Virus record (IMG/VR): IMGVR_UViG_3300032007_000074
Location: 7,749-71,748 of that record
Direction: 5' to 3' (one strand)
Source: a virus
Taxonomy: Duplodnaviria; Caudoviricetes
Length of the DNA stretch: 64,000 bases
Positions 36,266 through 44,697 of the stretch are shown one piece after another. Each line of letters starts with the position of its first letter. The first letter of the stretch is position 1. The position numbers and the translations under genes are program-made. The notes beneath the pieces are model-generated. The model was not told where the DNA came from, did no database searches, and saw only the letters and a list, made by a program, of their open reading frames with translations.

Positions 36266-37771
36266 TTATTTGAATAACGAAGGGCTGTTGTCCTTTTTTT
36301 TAGCCTTTACTTTCGAGAGTATCTGAGTGCGAAAGAAGTACCAGAATTTCGGTGATATGTTTGCTCCATGCTTCGTCCGAAGAACTTCTATAGCATGCAT
36401 AAAGGCTTCCTTTTGATTATCAGGATTCTTTATGCAAACTTGGACCAATATCCAGTTGTTAGATTTTCCTTCAAGTTTCTTTCGGGCGACATAGGACTCA
36501 AGGGATTCTTCATCTGCCTTAGCGACTATTTCGTTTAACTCAGCGTTGTAGATGTCTTGCTGCGTCGGCCAAACATACTGACAAAACTGGCACTGTTTCC
36601 ACGAAACTGGGACCATTTTTCCGCACTGTGGACATATTTTTGTAGGTGGTACACCGCCCCCCGCGCCAGTCGAATGCCAGACGGACCACACTCGGTCATC
36701 CTCATACCTGCCAAGCCTCTCATAGTTTCGGCCAAAGTCCAGGCAAAGAAACTCATTATCTTTCCCTGGCGCTATTCTCGATGCCCGACCCAGGCACTGC
36801 ATGTACTTCACTAGCGATGTCGTCGAGAACATCAGCATTACGACCTTGATGTCCGGAATGTCGATGCCGGTCGTGAAAAGACCGTAGTTGACCAATACTG
36901 GGAACTCTCCGTGGGCAAAAGCGTCCACGACATCCTTCCGTTCACCGCTGTACTCCTCGTTCTCGTCAAAGTCGCCGGAAAGGCAGTAACGAGCCTCAAT
37001 CCCGGCCTCACAAAACGCCTTCGTTAGCTCAATCGTCTGCTCTGAGCTGCAGCAGAACACCAAAGTCTTCTCTCCCGGGCAGATCCGCTTATAGTTCTCG
37101 ACGGCACCAACATATCTGGCCCGAGACTTGAACTTAGCCGACATCTGACTGAGATTGTAGTCACCGCGACCGTAACTCCATTCGACATCATCCATCGAGG
37201 GAGCGTCCAGCGAGAACAAACGGCATCGGCAGAGATAACCGAGATCAATCAGCTCCTTCACTTGCGGCCCAACAACGACGGCGCCATAGTCCATACCGAG
37301 CTGGCGCATCTGGCCGTAACGGGCCGGGCTAGCAGAAAGTCCGACGACATATGTCATATCGACCGCCGGCTGCTCGAATACGAAGTCAAACTCAGCCCTA
37401 TGGCACTCGTCCAGGATAATCAACTTGAATGTGTCGAACCAGTTCGCCCATTCGTCCTTTTTAAGCCGCTGACGAAGCGTCTGAGCCATCATACAGCAGC
37501 ACTCTGCATCGGGACACTTTCTGGTCTTAGCGAAGACTTCTGCTGCATTTACGCCCCATTTCCGAGCGTGATTGGCGTCTTGCTTCAATATTTCTTCGCT
37601 ATGCGCCAAAATCAAGACGCGGTTATGCTTACCAACGGACATTGATGCCATCGAACCGATAAGAACCCCTTTCCCGCTTCCGGTCGGGGACTGTACAATA
37701 ATATGCTTGTGCTTCGCGAGAGCCTGGCGGGACTCAGTAATAAGTGTTTGCTGGTATTCTCTTAGTTGCAT
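36266..37771 (-). CDS. SF2 DEAD/DEAH-box helicase
   Basis: LREYQ, PTGSGK, IILDECH, SAS, TTGIDIP and QCLGRASR motifs; C-terminal Zn ribbon. Confidence 0.9.
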   Translation of the reverse strand: MQLREYQQTLITESRQALAKHKHIIVQSPTGSGKGVLIGSMASMSVGKHNRVLILAHSEEILKQDANHARKWGVNAAEVFAKTRKCPDAECCCMMAQTLRQRLKKDEWANWFDTFKLIILDECHRAEFDFVFEQPAVDMTYVVGLSASPARYGQMRQLGMDYGAVVVGPQVKELIDLGYLCRCRLFSLDAPSMDDVEWSYGRGDYNLSQMSAKFKSRARYVGAVENYKRICPGEKTLVFCCSSEQTIELTKAFCEAGIEARYCLSGDFDENEEYSGERKDVVDAFAHGEFPVLVNYGLFTTGIDIPDIKVVMLMFSTTSLVKYMQCLGRASRIAPGKDNEFLCLDFGRNYERLGRYEDDRVWSVWHSTGAGGGVPPTKICPQCGKMVPVSWKQCQFCQYVWPTQQDIYNAELNEIVAKADEESLESYVARKKLEGKSNNWILVQVCIKNPDNQKEAFMHAIEVLRTKHGANISPKFWYFFRTQILSKVKAKKKDNSPSLFK

Positions 37772-37772
37772 G

Positions 37773-38198
37773 TCAAAACACTACTACCATTGACGGGAAT
37801 GGTGCCCCCTGCTTTGAGTCGTTGAAATGAAGTCGACCACGGATGAAGCGGATTTCCTTGGCCTTGTGATAGATGTAGTCGTGGAAGTAGGCCGTGTCTG
37901 TCCTGGCTGGTATGAGCATAACCACAACTTCGCAGTTCTTGCTCTCCTCGTAGCACTTCTTGACCCACTTGCCGATCTCTCTGCCGTAAGGAGGGTTGCA
38001 GAACACTCTCGTTCCCGCCCCCCCCCATTTTTGCGTAAGTCCGTCATTATCAATAGTATAATGACGCTCGCACTTGGCGTTCTCGTGGGTACAGCACGGG
38101 TCGAGATTGAAGTGGAACTCCGCGTCCAGACTCTTATAGAAGTCGGTCGGAGTTGCCCATTCGCTACTGTTCGATGAAAATAGTCCTTTGTTAATCAT
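37773..38198 (-). CDS. dam: Phage N6-adenine DNA methyltransferase
   Basis: EWATP, FNLDPC, VFCNPPY, LIPARTDT and IRGRLHF motifs. Confidence 0.85.
   Translation of the reverse strand: MINKGLFSSNSSEWATPTDFYKSLDAEFHFNLDPCCTHENAKCERHYTIDNDGLTQKWGGAGTRVFCNPPYGREIGKWVKKCYEESKNCEVVVMLIPARTDTAYFHDYIYHKAKEIRFIRGRLHFNDSKQGAPFPSMVVVF
38018..38026 (-). repeat. G9 homopolymer inside the adenine MTase
   Basis: Plus-strand C9, encoding W-G-G-A just before NPPY. Confidence 0.9.
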
Positions 38199-38203
38199 AA
38201 TTG

Positions 38204-38317
38204 CGGACGGGGCGGAACTCGAATCCGCGACTTGGCCTCGTGTGTGCAGACATAGCGATCAACCGCCGCATACTCCTACATACACTGTCCCCCTCTAACC
38301 TGCTGAGGTACCCGTCC
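38204..38317 (-). ncRNA. tRNA-like RNA with an extended anticodon arm (114 nt)
   Basis: Acceptor GGACGGG/CCCGTCC, D-arm CCTC/GAGG, T-arm GCGGA-TTCGAGT-TCCGC; about 41 extra nt in the anticodon arm. Confidence 0.7.
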
Positions 38318-38324
38318 AAAAAAA

Positions 38325-38383
38325 GGGAGCGTATGCTTTTCAGAGTCGCGTAAAGCCGCTATCCAAATTGCTTTACCGCTCCC
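38325..38383 (-). ncRNA. Candidate structured RNA
   Basis: GGGAGCG/CGCTCCC closing stem, inner GTAAAGC/GCTTTAC, followed by T7. Confidence 0.4.
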
Positions 38384-38462
38384 TCGCCGCCGTTAGTGCA
38401 CTCCTTGGGAATTACCCCGTGGTCTGTCGGCCCTCACGCCTCATGGTCTCACGCGGCGGCAA
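38384..38462 (-). ncRNA. Candidate structured RNA
   Basis: TTGCCGCCG/CGGCGGCGA closing stem around a GC-rich interior. Confidence 0.4.
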
Positions 38463-38467
38463 TCCTA

Positions 38468-39052
38468 CTATAGCCCCTTTTTCGGAGTAAACTTCTTGAT
38501 ATAGACCTTAACCTTGTCACCGACTGCCCATCTACCGTCGTCGCCACGGAAGCCAACGATGTCCTTTCTGTCGGTAAACACGAACTTCTTTGCGTGTTTT
38601 ATTCCATCCTCTGAATAAGCATCGACTATTTCTCCGACACCGATGTTCTCGTAGTCGTCTTCCTTCTCATCGTCTGATTTCGGTTCTTTCTTCAGCTCGG
38701 CGATGAGCTCGTCTGCCATCGCAACGGCACCATCAATATCCGCAAGGCCATCCGTCACAAACTCCTTCGCCAGCTCGTACCGCCTCTGCTCCCACGGATC
38801 AATCCCTTTCGCTTCCTCCAGCAGCTTGTCCATCCTAGCTTGCCAAGTGTCATCGTCCTTGAAGTCAAACTGTACATTCAAGTGCTCCTTGATGTGCTCG
38901 ACACCATTGGAGTCAATGTAAGACACCCAGTCCTCGCCAGAGCGAGCCCCGTATTCCGGAGTATTGGACGCGATAACCTCTACAACCTCTCCGGTCTTGC
39001 GTATTGTCTTCTTTCCGGCCAATACGCCAAACATTGAATCAGAAAATCCCAT
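38468..39052 (-). CDS. Hypothetical protein
   Basis: 194-aa ORF. Confidence 0.65.
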   Translation of the reverse strand: MGFSDSMFGVLAGKKTIRKTGEVVEVIASNTPEYGARSGEDWVSYIDSNGVEHIKEHLNVQFDFKDDDTWQARMDKLLEEAKGIDPWEQRRYELAKEFVTDGLADIDGAVAMADELIAELKKEPKSDDEKEDDYENIGVGEIVDAYSEDGIKHAKKFVFTDRKDIVGFRGDDGRWAVGDKVKVYIKKFTPKKGL

Positions 39053-39059
39053 AATTAAT

Positions 39060-39335
39060 CTATTTTATCATTTTTACCAAATGCCAATACACATCGACTC
39101 TTCCTAGCCGGCTTATCCAAATAGACCTGATAGTCGAGAACGGACAACCGAATCTATGCTGGCAGACATCTTCTAACTCTCCGTCATAACTTCCATCCGA
39201 GTTGTTCCATGTAGCCACATATTCAAGCCTACAAAAAATCCCATCCATAGTCTCGTAAGAGTACGCTTGCCGAAGCGCATTTGCCGGAGCAAGCATGTAT
39301 TCTGCGAATTTACACTGGATTTTCATAAATAACAA
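39060..39335 (-). CDS. Hypothetical protein
   Basis: 91-aa ORF. Confidence 0.55.
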   Translation of the reverse strand: MLFMKIQCKFAEYMLAPANALRQAYSYETMDGIFCRLEYVATWNNSDGSYDGELEDVCQHRFGCPFSTIRSIWISRLGRVDVYWHLVKMIK

Positions 39336-39660
39336 GAATACATTTCGATTTGCTCAAAATATCTTTTCCGTTCCCTTCCAGCCTGGCATAGCTGAGCCAC
39401 CTCTTAAAAGCCTTGTCCCAGGTTATTCCGTATCGCATTTTACACAGAAAGTCGCAAGTCTTGTCGCACGCAATAAGCATTACGCTCTTGATTGACACAT
39501 CACGACCATTATAGAACCGAAGCGTGTCTCCCTCTTTTGCCTCCAGGAACACTTTCGTCTTCGTGTAATATTCCCCATACGGCAAAAGAATGTAGTTCAG
39601 CCACATCTTACCAGGCTCCTCGTGTGCCGGCCTAAAGATCTTCTTCCGACTTTCGCTCAT
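39310..39660 (-). CDS. Hypothetical protein
   Basis: 116-aa ORF. Confidence 0.6.
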   Translation of the reverse strand: MSESRKKIFRPAHEEPGKMWLNYILLPYGEYYTKTKVFLEAKEGDTLRFYNGRDVSIKSVMLIACDKTCDFLCKMRYGITWDKAFKRWLSYARLEGNGKDILSKSKCILVIYENPV

Positions 39661-40216
39661 ACTTCCTTGTCAGGTCAAAGATCGCCAAGCAGAAGCTGTC
39701 CATTGAAGCATCTGATACTTCCTTCTCATCTTCCGGCCTGCGCCGGTAATCGTACGCGAACTCGTGCATGTACGATATAAAGTCTCCGGTCGTGATCTTG
39801 TAAGGCGTCACCGAAGGGTTCCAGTGCACCTTGCTCGAGTGCTTAAACATCTCGATGTTGACCGGATTCGGATAATCCAGCCACTCCTTGATGCCCATAA
39901 GGTAAAACCGAAGACAATATGGCAACAAACACCAGGTGTAGTTCTTCGAACGGACCTTAAAAATATAGTCCTCCGCGAACTTCGTGAGATGGTTCTCCCT
40001 CGCCCAGAAATACATCGTAAATCTGAACATCTGCCAGTCCAGATCCTCCGGCTTCCCGATAACCCCGAAACGCCAGTCTTCCAGCCGAGATTCAAGGAAG
40101 TCCTTCGCTTCCAGGTCATCCCCAAGCTCGTACGCATCAATGACGCCACGCTTGAAGCATACATCAAAGAAGCGCACGACCTGGGGCGCAGTTGTCCTGT
40201 TTAAGACCTGTTTCAT
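39632..40216 (-). CDS. Hypothetical protein
   Basis: 194-aa ORF. Confidence 0.65.
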   Translation of the reverse strand: MKQVLNRTTAPQVVRFFDVCFKRGVIDAYELGDDLEAKDFLESRLEDWRFGVIGKPEDLDWQMFRFTMYFWARENHLTKFAEDYIFKVRSKNYTWCLLPYCLRFYLMGIKEWLDYPNPVNIEMFKHSSKVHWNPSVTPYKITTGDFISYMHEFAYDYRRRPEDEKEVSDASMDSFCLAIFDLTRKYERKSEEDL

Positions 40217-40404
40217 TCACACTTGAATCCGAGATCACGAAGATAGCCGAGAATGTAGAAATACATACCAAGAGAACATGAAGTGAACTTATGCACGACG
40301 AGGACACCGTCATTCTCCTCGATTCTAGCCAGTGCACCACCGTTCTCGTCGCGGATAATGCATCCGTCCATATTCATTATGTCATTCGCCGTCTTTACAC
40401 TCAT
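40213..40404 (-). CDS. Hypothetical protein
   Basis: 63 aa, ATGA overlaps at both ends. Confidence 0.55.
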   Translation of the reverse strand: MSVKTANDIMNMDGCIIRDENGGALARIEENDGVLVVHKFTSCSLGMYFYILGYLRDLGFKCE

Positions 40405-41129
40405 AACTTGATAAGTTTTCCGTCAACTACGGACCATTCTCCCTTCTTGAACTCTGCAGGATTTATCGGAGCATCAATCATCTTGTCGAACAGAATGATA
40501 CGCTTCCGCATTTCGTCGATCGACGCCTCGTAATCCTTCCTGGCAAACTTAAAGACAAGGCCACGCCAAGGAGCAAGAGGATCAGCCGGCTCAAACTCGT
40601 TAAACTCGTCGCAGTAGATATGCTTGACAATCCACACCTCTTCGGCCTTTGGATTGGAAAGCCAGAGACCCAGGATTTGGTCTCCGTGTTCATCCCAGAC
40701 CTTCGCTTTCTTCTCCTCATAGGATGTGTACTCGTCGGCGAAGAACTCGATATTAGAATTACTTACGACCGTCTTTGCATCTATGATAATCCGCTCGTCT
40801 TCCGTGAAAGCGTCTGGGGACGCTCCAAACTTCGCCCAGTCAACCGTCCAGAATGGAATACCTTCTTCAATCTCTTGAGAATAGATGATAGGGACGTCCG
40901 GATATTGCTGACGGAACCACTCAATGACATACTTCTCATTCTCGGTCCCTATTTCCATTGTGCGAGATGACACCTGCAGGGGGTATCCATATTTTCGCTC
41001 GAATCTCTTAGAACGGATTGCTGTCAGGTTTCCGTCAATAATCTTTCCGGACTTCGATGTGATATCCGAAAGCATGGATGCGGTAATGTATCCGCATCTC
41101 TCTAATCTCCACTTGTGCTCTTTATCCAT
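40401..41129 (-). CDS. YqaJ/lambda-exonuclease-family recombination nuclease
   Basis: WRLERCGYITAS, GTENE, FGASPDA and IDAK motifs. Confidence 0.8.
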   Translation of the reverse strand: MDKEHKWRLERCGYITASMLSDITSKSGKIIDGNLTAIRSKRFERKYGYPLQVSSRTMEIGTENEKYVIEWFRQQYPDVPIIYSQEIEEGIPFWTVDWAKFGASPDAFTEDERIIIDAKTVVSNSNIEFFADEYTSYEEKKAKVWDEHGDQILGLWLSNPKAEEVWIVKHIYCDEFNEFEPADPLAPWRGLVFKFARKDYEASIDEMRKRIILFDKMIDAPINPAEFKKGEWSVVDGKLIKL

Positions 41130-41132
41130 AAA

Positions 41133-41672
41133 CTATTCAGGCAAATCGTCCAATGCATCAGCAATTGCATTCTTCACGGTTTCAGAATCGAAATCATAAA
41201 GAGCTGCAATGTCATCGATAGTCTTCCCGTTCTTCTTTGCCCAGTCAACGATTGTCTGGACTTGGTTCTCCTGGATGGACTTCCGCTTTGGAGCTTCCGG
41301 CTGTTTGGCCGGTATAAGGCTGACCCTAAGACCCCAGCACTCACCCCCCTCTTGTGGATCGCGTGTCTTTTCCTTCGTGAGCCGGATTGCCACATTATGC
41401 AGCCTTGCAAGGTAGCCATCGCATTCAGGGAAGAGTTTGGCAAGCCTTCTACGATTCGTGCTATTGATCACCCATGGGAGACTCGTGTACGGGTTTGGAG
41501 CGAAGTGCCCAATCCAGACACCTGATTGCTTTCGCCCGTTAATCTGTTCGGACTCTTTGAATTCGATGCTTTCGAGGACAATGTACTCAATGTCCTTGCC
41601 GCTGGGAAGAACCTCAATTCCCGCATGAGAAATTGTCCCGCCTGTACGATAATGTATGTCAGTTTGTTGCAT
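41133..41672 (-). CDS. Putative recombination partner/ssDNA-binding protein
   Basis: 179 aa directly upstream of YqaJ; PWVINSTN motif; function inferred from synteny only. Confidence 0.45.
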   Translation of the reverse strand: MQQTDIHYRTGGTISHAGIEVLPSGKDIEYIVLESIEFKESEQINGRKQSGVWIGHFAPNPYTSLPWVINSTNRRRLAKLFPECDGYLARLHNVAIRLTKEKTRDPQEGGECWGLRVSLIPAKQPEAPKRKSIQENQVQTIVDWAKKNGKTIDDIAALYDFDSETVKNAIADALDDLPE

Positions 41673-41689
41673 ATTGATGTTTTTGTTGG

Positions 41690-42385
41690 TTACTCAGCAT
41701 CAAAAACCGTGCCATTTTTCTTGTTGTCATCCTTATATTCCCATTTATACCCAGCGGCACTTTTCCTTCCCTTATAATGTCTACATACCGAAGTAATCTT
41801 ACCGGAAGAAATCCCATAAAACCTCTCTGCCTCGGCAGCGCAACTCCACTCACGAATAAAATCTCCGTTCATAGAATATTGCAACACTTCATAATGTAAT
41901 GGACTATCAGCGCCGTAACGATGTATTCCATACATAGGATTCTTTGAGCCAGAAAGCCTCCCTCTATTCTTGGTACTGATTGATATTTTCGCTTCTTCCG
42001 TGTGCTTCCGTCCAAAAAAATTATTCTTTGTGCCCATACTTGCATTCCTGTGCCTTTCCCTTGTTATCGGGTTATTCACATTCTCCGCGTGCGTACACCA
42101 CCTTAAATTCCATGACACATCATTGTCTCGACTACCATCAATATGGTCAATCTCTGGCAGGTTGTATGGGTTTGGTATAAAAGCCATCGCTACAAGGCGA
42201 TATACTTTCATGCACTTAGATTCCCCATCCTTTGATAAGCACACATATCTATATCCTTTATTATTCCTTGCTGGAGACAGTAATTGCTTGTATCTTCTTC
42301 TATATAATCCGCGAACATTACCATAATTACTAACCTCATACAATCCTTCGTAGCCTATCACCGGTTTCCAAATTTCCTTTTTCAT
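41690..42385 (-). CDS. NUMOD4-HNH-NUMOD3-NUMOD1 homing endonuclease
   Basis: Start MKKEIWKPVIGYEGLYEVSNYG; IDHIDGSRDNDVSWNLRWCTHAEN; FFGRKHTEEAK (NUMOD3); KSAAGYKW. Confidence 0.85.
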   Translation of the reverse strand: MKKEIWKPVIGYEGLYEVSNYGNVRGLYRRRYKQLLSPARNNKGYRYVCLSKDGESKCMKVYRLVAMAFIPNPYNLPEIDHIDGSRDNDVSWNLRWCTHAENVNNPITRERHRNASMGTKNNFFGRKHTEEAKISISTKNRGRLSGSKNPMYGIHRYGADSPLHYEVLQYSMNGDFIREWSCAAEAERFYGISSGKITSVCRHYKGRKSAAGYKWEYKDDNKKNGTVFDAE

Positions 42386-42398
42386 TTTTGTAAAAGTA

Positions 42399-42476
42399 GT
42401 GCCCGAACTTTCAGTGAATGGGTCGAGCATCCGCCTACTTATCCGGGCATCCTATATTTCTTCCGCTATCTCGACC
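42399..42476 (-). ncRNA. Putative pseudoknotted 5' leader RNA (copy 2)
   Basis: Homologous to 36162-36239. Confidence 0.65.
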
Positions 42477-42486
42477 ATAGCAAGAG

Positions 42487-42494
42487 CAAAGATA
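42487..42494 (-). promoter_or_regulatory. -7 element TATCTTTG of HNH cassette 2
   Basis: TTGCTATCTTTG as in cassette 1. Confidence 0.65.
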
Positions 42495-42520
42495 GCAAAT
42501 TATTCGGACTTATGCAAATC

Positions 42521-42937
42521 TCATGCCTCCTTCTCTTGCAAATCCTGGGCCAGGGCATCAAGCATCTCTTCCTTGGTGTATGGAGAGCCTCCGCAAGACT
42601 CCCACTCTTCGAAAAGAGCAACTATGGCATCGATTTTTTTGAGGTCATCCATCCTCTGCCAACAATACTCACAACAAGGGAAGAATCCATGGTCCTCGTC
42701 AACATCAATGAAATGGATCCCGCAATCTATTTCGGACTCTCGCACTGCCTCCCAAGGCAGGCCACAATTATAACAGGTACTATTGGTCGGATATTTCCCC
42801 TGATAATACCTAACGACCGGCCTCAGCCTCTTGAACCAGTCTACAAATATAAGCCATCCCGCATAAATCCTCCCCTTCAGCGTCAATCTGTACGGGACGC
42901 CTTTAAACATAACCGTTTTACGCTTCCTGCACGTCAT
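42521..42937 (-). CDS. Hypothetical Cys-containing protein
   Basis: 138 aa; CYNC and CCEYC motifs. Confidence 0.6.
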   Translation of the reverse strand: MTCRKRKTVMFKGVPYRLTLKGRIYAGWLIFVDWFKRLRPVVRYYQGKYPTNSTCYNCGLPWEAVRESEIDCGIHFIDVDEDHGFFPCCEYCWQRMDDLKKIDAIVALFEEWESCGGSPYTKEEMLDALAQDLQEKEA

Positions 42938-43406
42938 TCACAGCCTTCTTGAAACGACCGTTAATATCGCGCTCCACCTTTCTGCGCTCCTTCTTCGGCA
43001 GCTCTACATGCTCCTGGATCGCCTTCTCCGTCTCGAGCGCAATCTTCTCCTCGGTCTCATCCTCTACTACATCACCAGCGGCCTGTTTCTCGAGACGCTT
43101 CCGGTACTTCACGATGGCCCTCTGAACATCGTCCACAAAACCCTGGTCCGTAGTAAGCAGCTTCCCGATCTCGTACATCGTCAATGCGAATCCGTGGATG
43201 TTCGTGTCATCTTTGCCGGCTGCGAGGTATCCGTACGGGTTTTCGTCGGCAATGAAACGAACCTTAAAGTTCCCGCTGACTGTTGTAATGTCAAGCCAGA
43301 ATCTGCGAAAGGTCCAACGAAACCCACCGGCCTCGCCTTTGCGCACAACGGGGTTTGCAATGTGGAAGTACCACCATTTGACAATCTTTGTCCAAATCTT
43401 TTTCAT
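42918..43406 (-). CDS. Hypothetical protein
   Basis: 162-aa ORF. Confidence 0.65.
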   Translation of the reverse strand: MKKIWTKIVKWWYFHIANPVVRKGEAGGFRWTFRRFWLDITTVSGNFKVRFIADENPYGYLAAGKDDTNIHGFALTMYEIGKLLTTDQGFVDDVQRAIVKYRKRLEKQAAGDVVEDETEEKIALETEKAIQEHVELPKKERRKVERDINGRFKKAVNDVQEA

Positions 43407-43410
43407 AACG

Positions 43411-43779
43411 CTATTGATTTAATTGTTTCTGGAATTCTTCCCAAACCTCCGCCTCGTCCTTATACATGGACGGCGCCAAGAGCATCCTCCTAACCTGTTG
43501 CTCGCAATGCACAACCGTTGAATGGTCCAGGTCAAGCAGCCTACCTATCGAAGTAAGAGAATATCCGTCAAGCCGAAGCTGATAAGCAACCATGTTACGA
43601 GCCCATACAATGTTCTGTTTCCTGGACTTAAGCAAAATGTTCGCTCCGACGATATCAGACATCAACTTCACATACCTGTTCGCCCTTTTGTCCCTTAACC
43701 TGTCTGGGTGACGCTCGCATCCGACATAATTACAATACTTGCATTGCCTCTCAGAGGCTTTCACCGGCCAGATGCACAT
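43411..43779 (-). CDS. DnaA C-terminal-like helix-turn-helix protein
   Basis: IVWARNMVAY...SLTSIGRLLDLDHSTVVH matches the DnaA domain IV signature. Confidence 0.65.
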   Translation of the reverse strand: MCIWPVKASERQCKYCNYVGCERHPDRLRDKRANRYVKLMSDIVGANILLKSRKQNIVWARNMVAYQLRLDGYSLTSIGRLLDLDHSTVVHCEQQVRRMLLAPSMYKDEAEVWEEFQKQLNQ

Positions 43780-44696
43780 AGCTTCCTCTCTATAAGGTCT
43801 CCGATATCAGCATGATCCGGCACAACTTCCCCAGCCGGCCACTTCTCCCACCAGGGCCAAACCGCTCCCTTCTCTTCCCATTCCATCCTGGCGTCCATGT
43901 CCGGGACTAGCATCATGTTCTCATCTATTTCCCGTAAATTGCCTTTTCCACCAGTCGCAAGGAACCGCCGCCCTCCGTAATATAACGATGCAAGGATCGA
44001 AGACTTCTCTGACTCGACAATGAATGCCTTACGGCCATCGTCCGGAACACACGCGCCGAAATAGCACCGACCGGTGTACCCGTCAGCGACTCGAAACTGC
44101 CGGCCAGGGAAGAACTCTTTGTCCCTATGACCATCTTCCTTGTACAAAATCCTCTTGTCATATAGAATCCTTCCGCTTTGATCTACATACCAAAAAACGC
44201 AGTTCCCGTGCGAGTCGGTAGTCACATTATACTTCGCCCAGGTTTCTCTCACCCTATCTTCAGGGAACAGCCGACACATCCACCGAAACAGCGAGCAGTT
44301 CTCCAAAGGAAACCGCCTGGCACCCTCCAGAACATCCCGGCTGACATATTGCAACTTAGGAGCCACTCTTTCGCGGAACTCCCGGTTCCATTCAATCGCC
44401 TGTGGCTTCCCGTTGATGATCTTCAGAGCATCCTTGAAATCGCTAGCACCTCCGAACTCAATCAACCACTGAGGAAGCGACACGCAGCGGCCACCCTCCT
44501 CGCTCACCCAGATACAGCCACGGCTGATGAATACCTTCAGCTTGTCCCTTCTATAGGCATGGCGGTCTCCATTCAAGTAGTACCCGCCCTGCAGACCCTG
44601 GCCATGCTTGACCAGTTCCATCCCGAGCAGCGCCGGCACATTCTGCATCGTAGAAACGGGATCATAATACCCTCTATATTTGTCTTCCTTTCCCAT
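43761..44696 (-). CDS. Bacteroidetes-type primase-like (DUF6371/TOPRIM-like) protein
   Basis: Start MGKEDKY at 44696; VFWYVDQSG, IVESEKS, FLATGG and PDMD motifs. Confidence 0.6.
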   Translation of the reverse strand: MGKEDKYRGYYDPVSTMQNVPALLGMELVKHGQGLQGGYYLNGDRHAYRRDKLKVFISRGCIWVSEEGGRCVSLPQWLIEFGGASDFKDALKIINGKPQAIEWNREFRERVAPKLQYVSRDVLEGARRFPLENCSLFRWMCRLFPEDRVRETWAKYNVTTDSHGNCVFWYVDQSGRILYDKRILYKEDGHRDKEFFPGRQFRVADGYTGRCYFGACVPDDGRKAFIVESEKSSILASLYYGGRRFLATGGKGNLREIDENMMLVPDMDARMEWEEKGAVWPWWEKWPAGEVVPDHADIGDLIERKLCASGR

Positions 44697-44697
44697 A

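Noticed and set aside
38204-38317. Ordinary tRNA-Asn (GTT) call
   Set aside because: The loop CGGTTGA lacks U33 and sits on an arm about 41 nt too long, so it is reported as tRNA-like instead.
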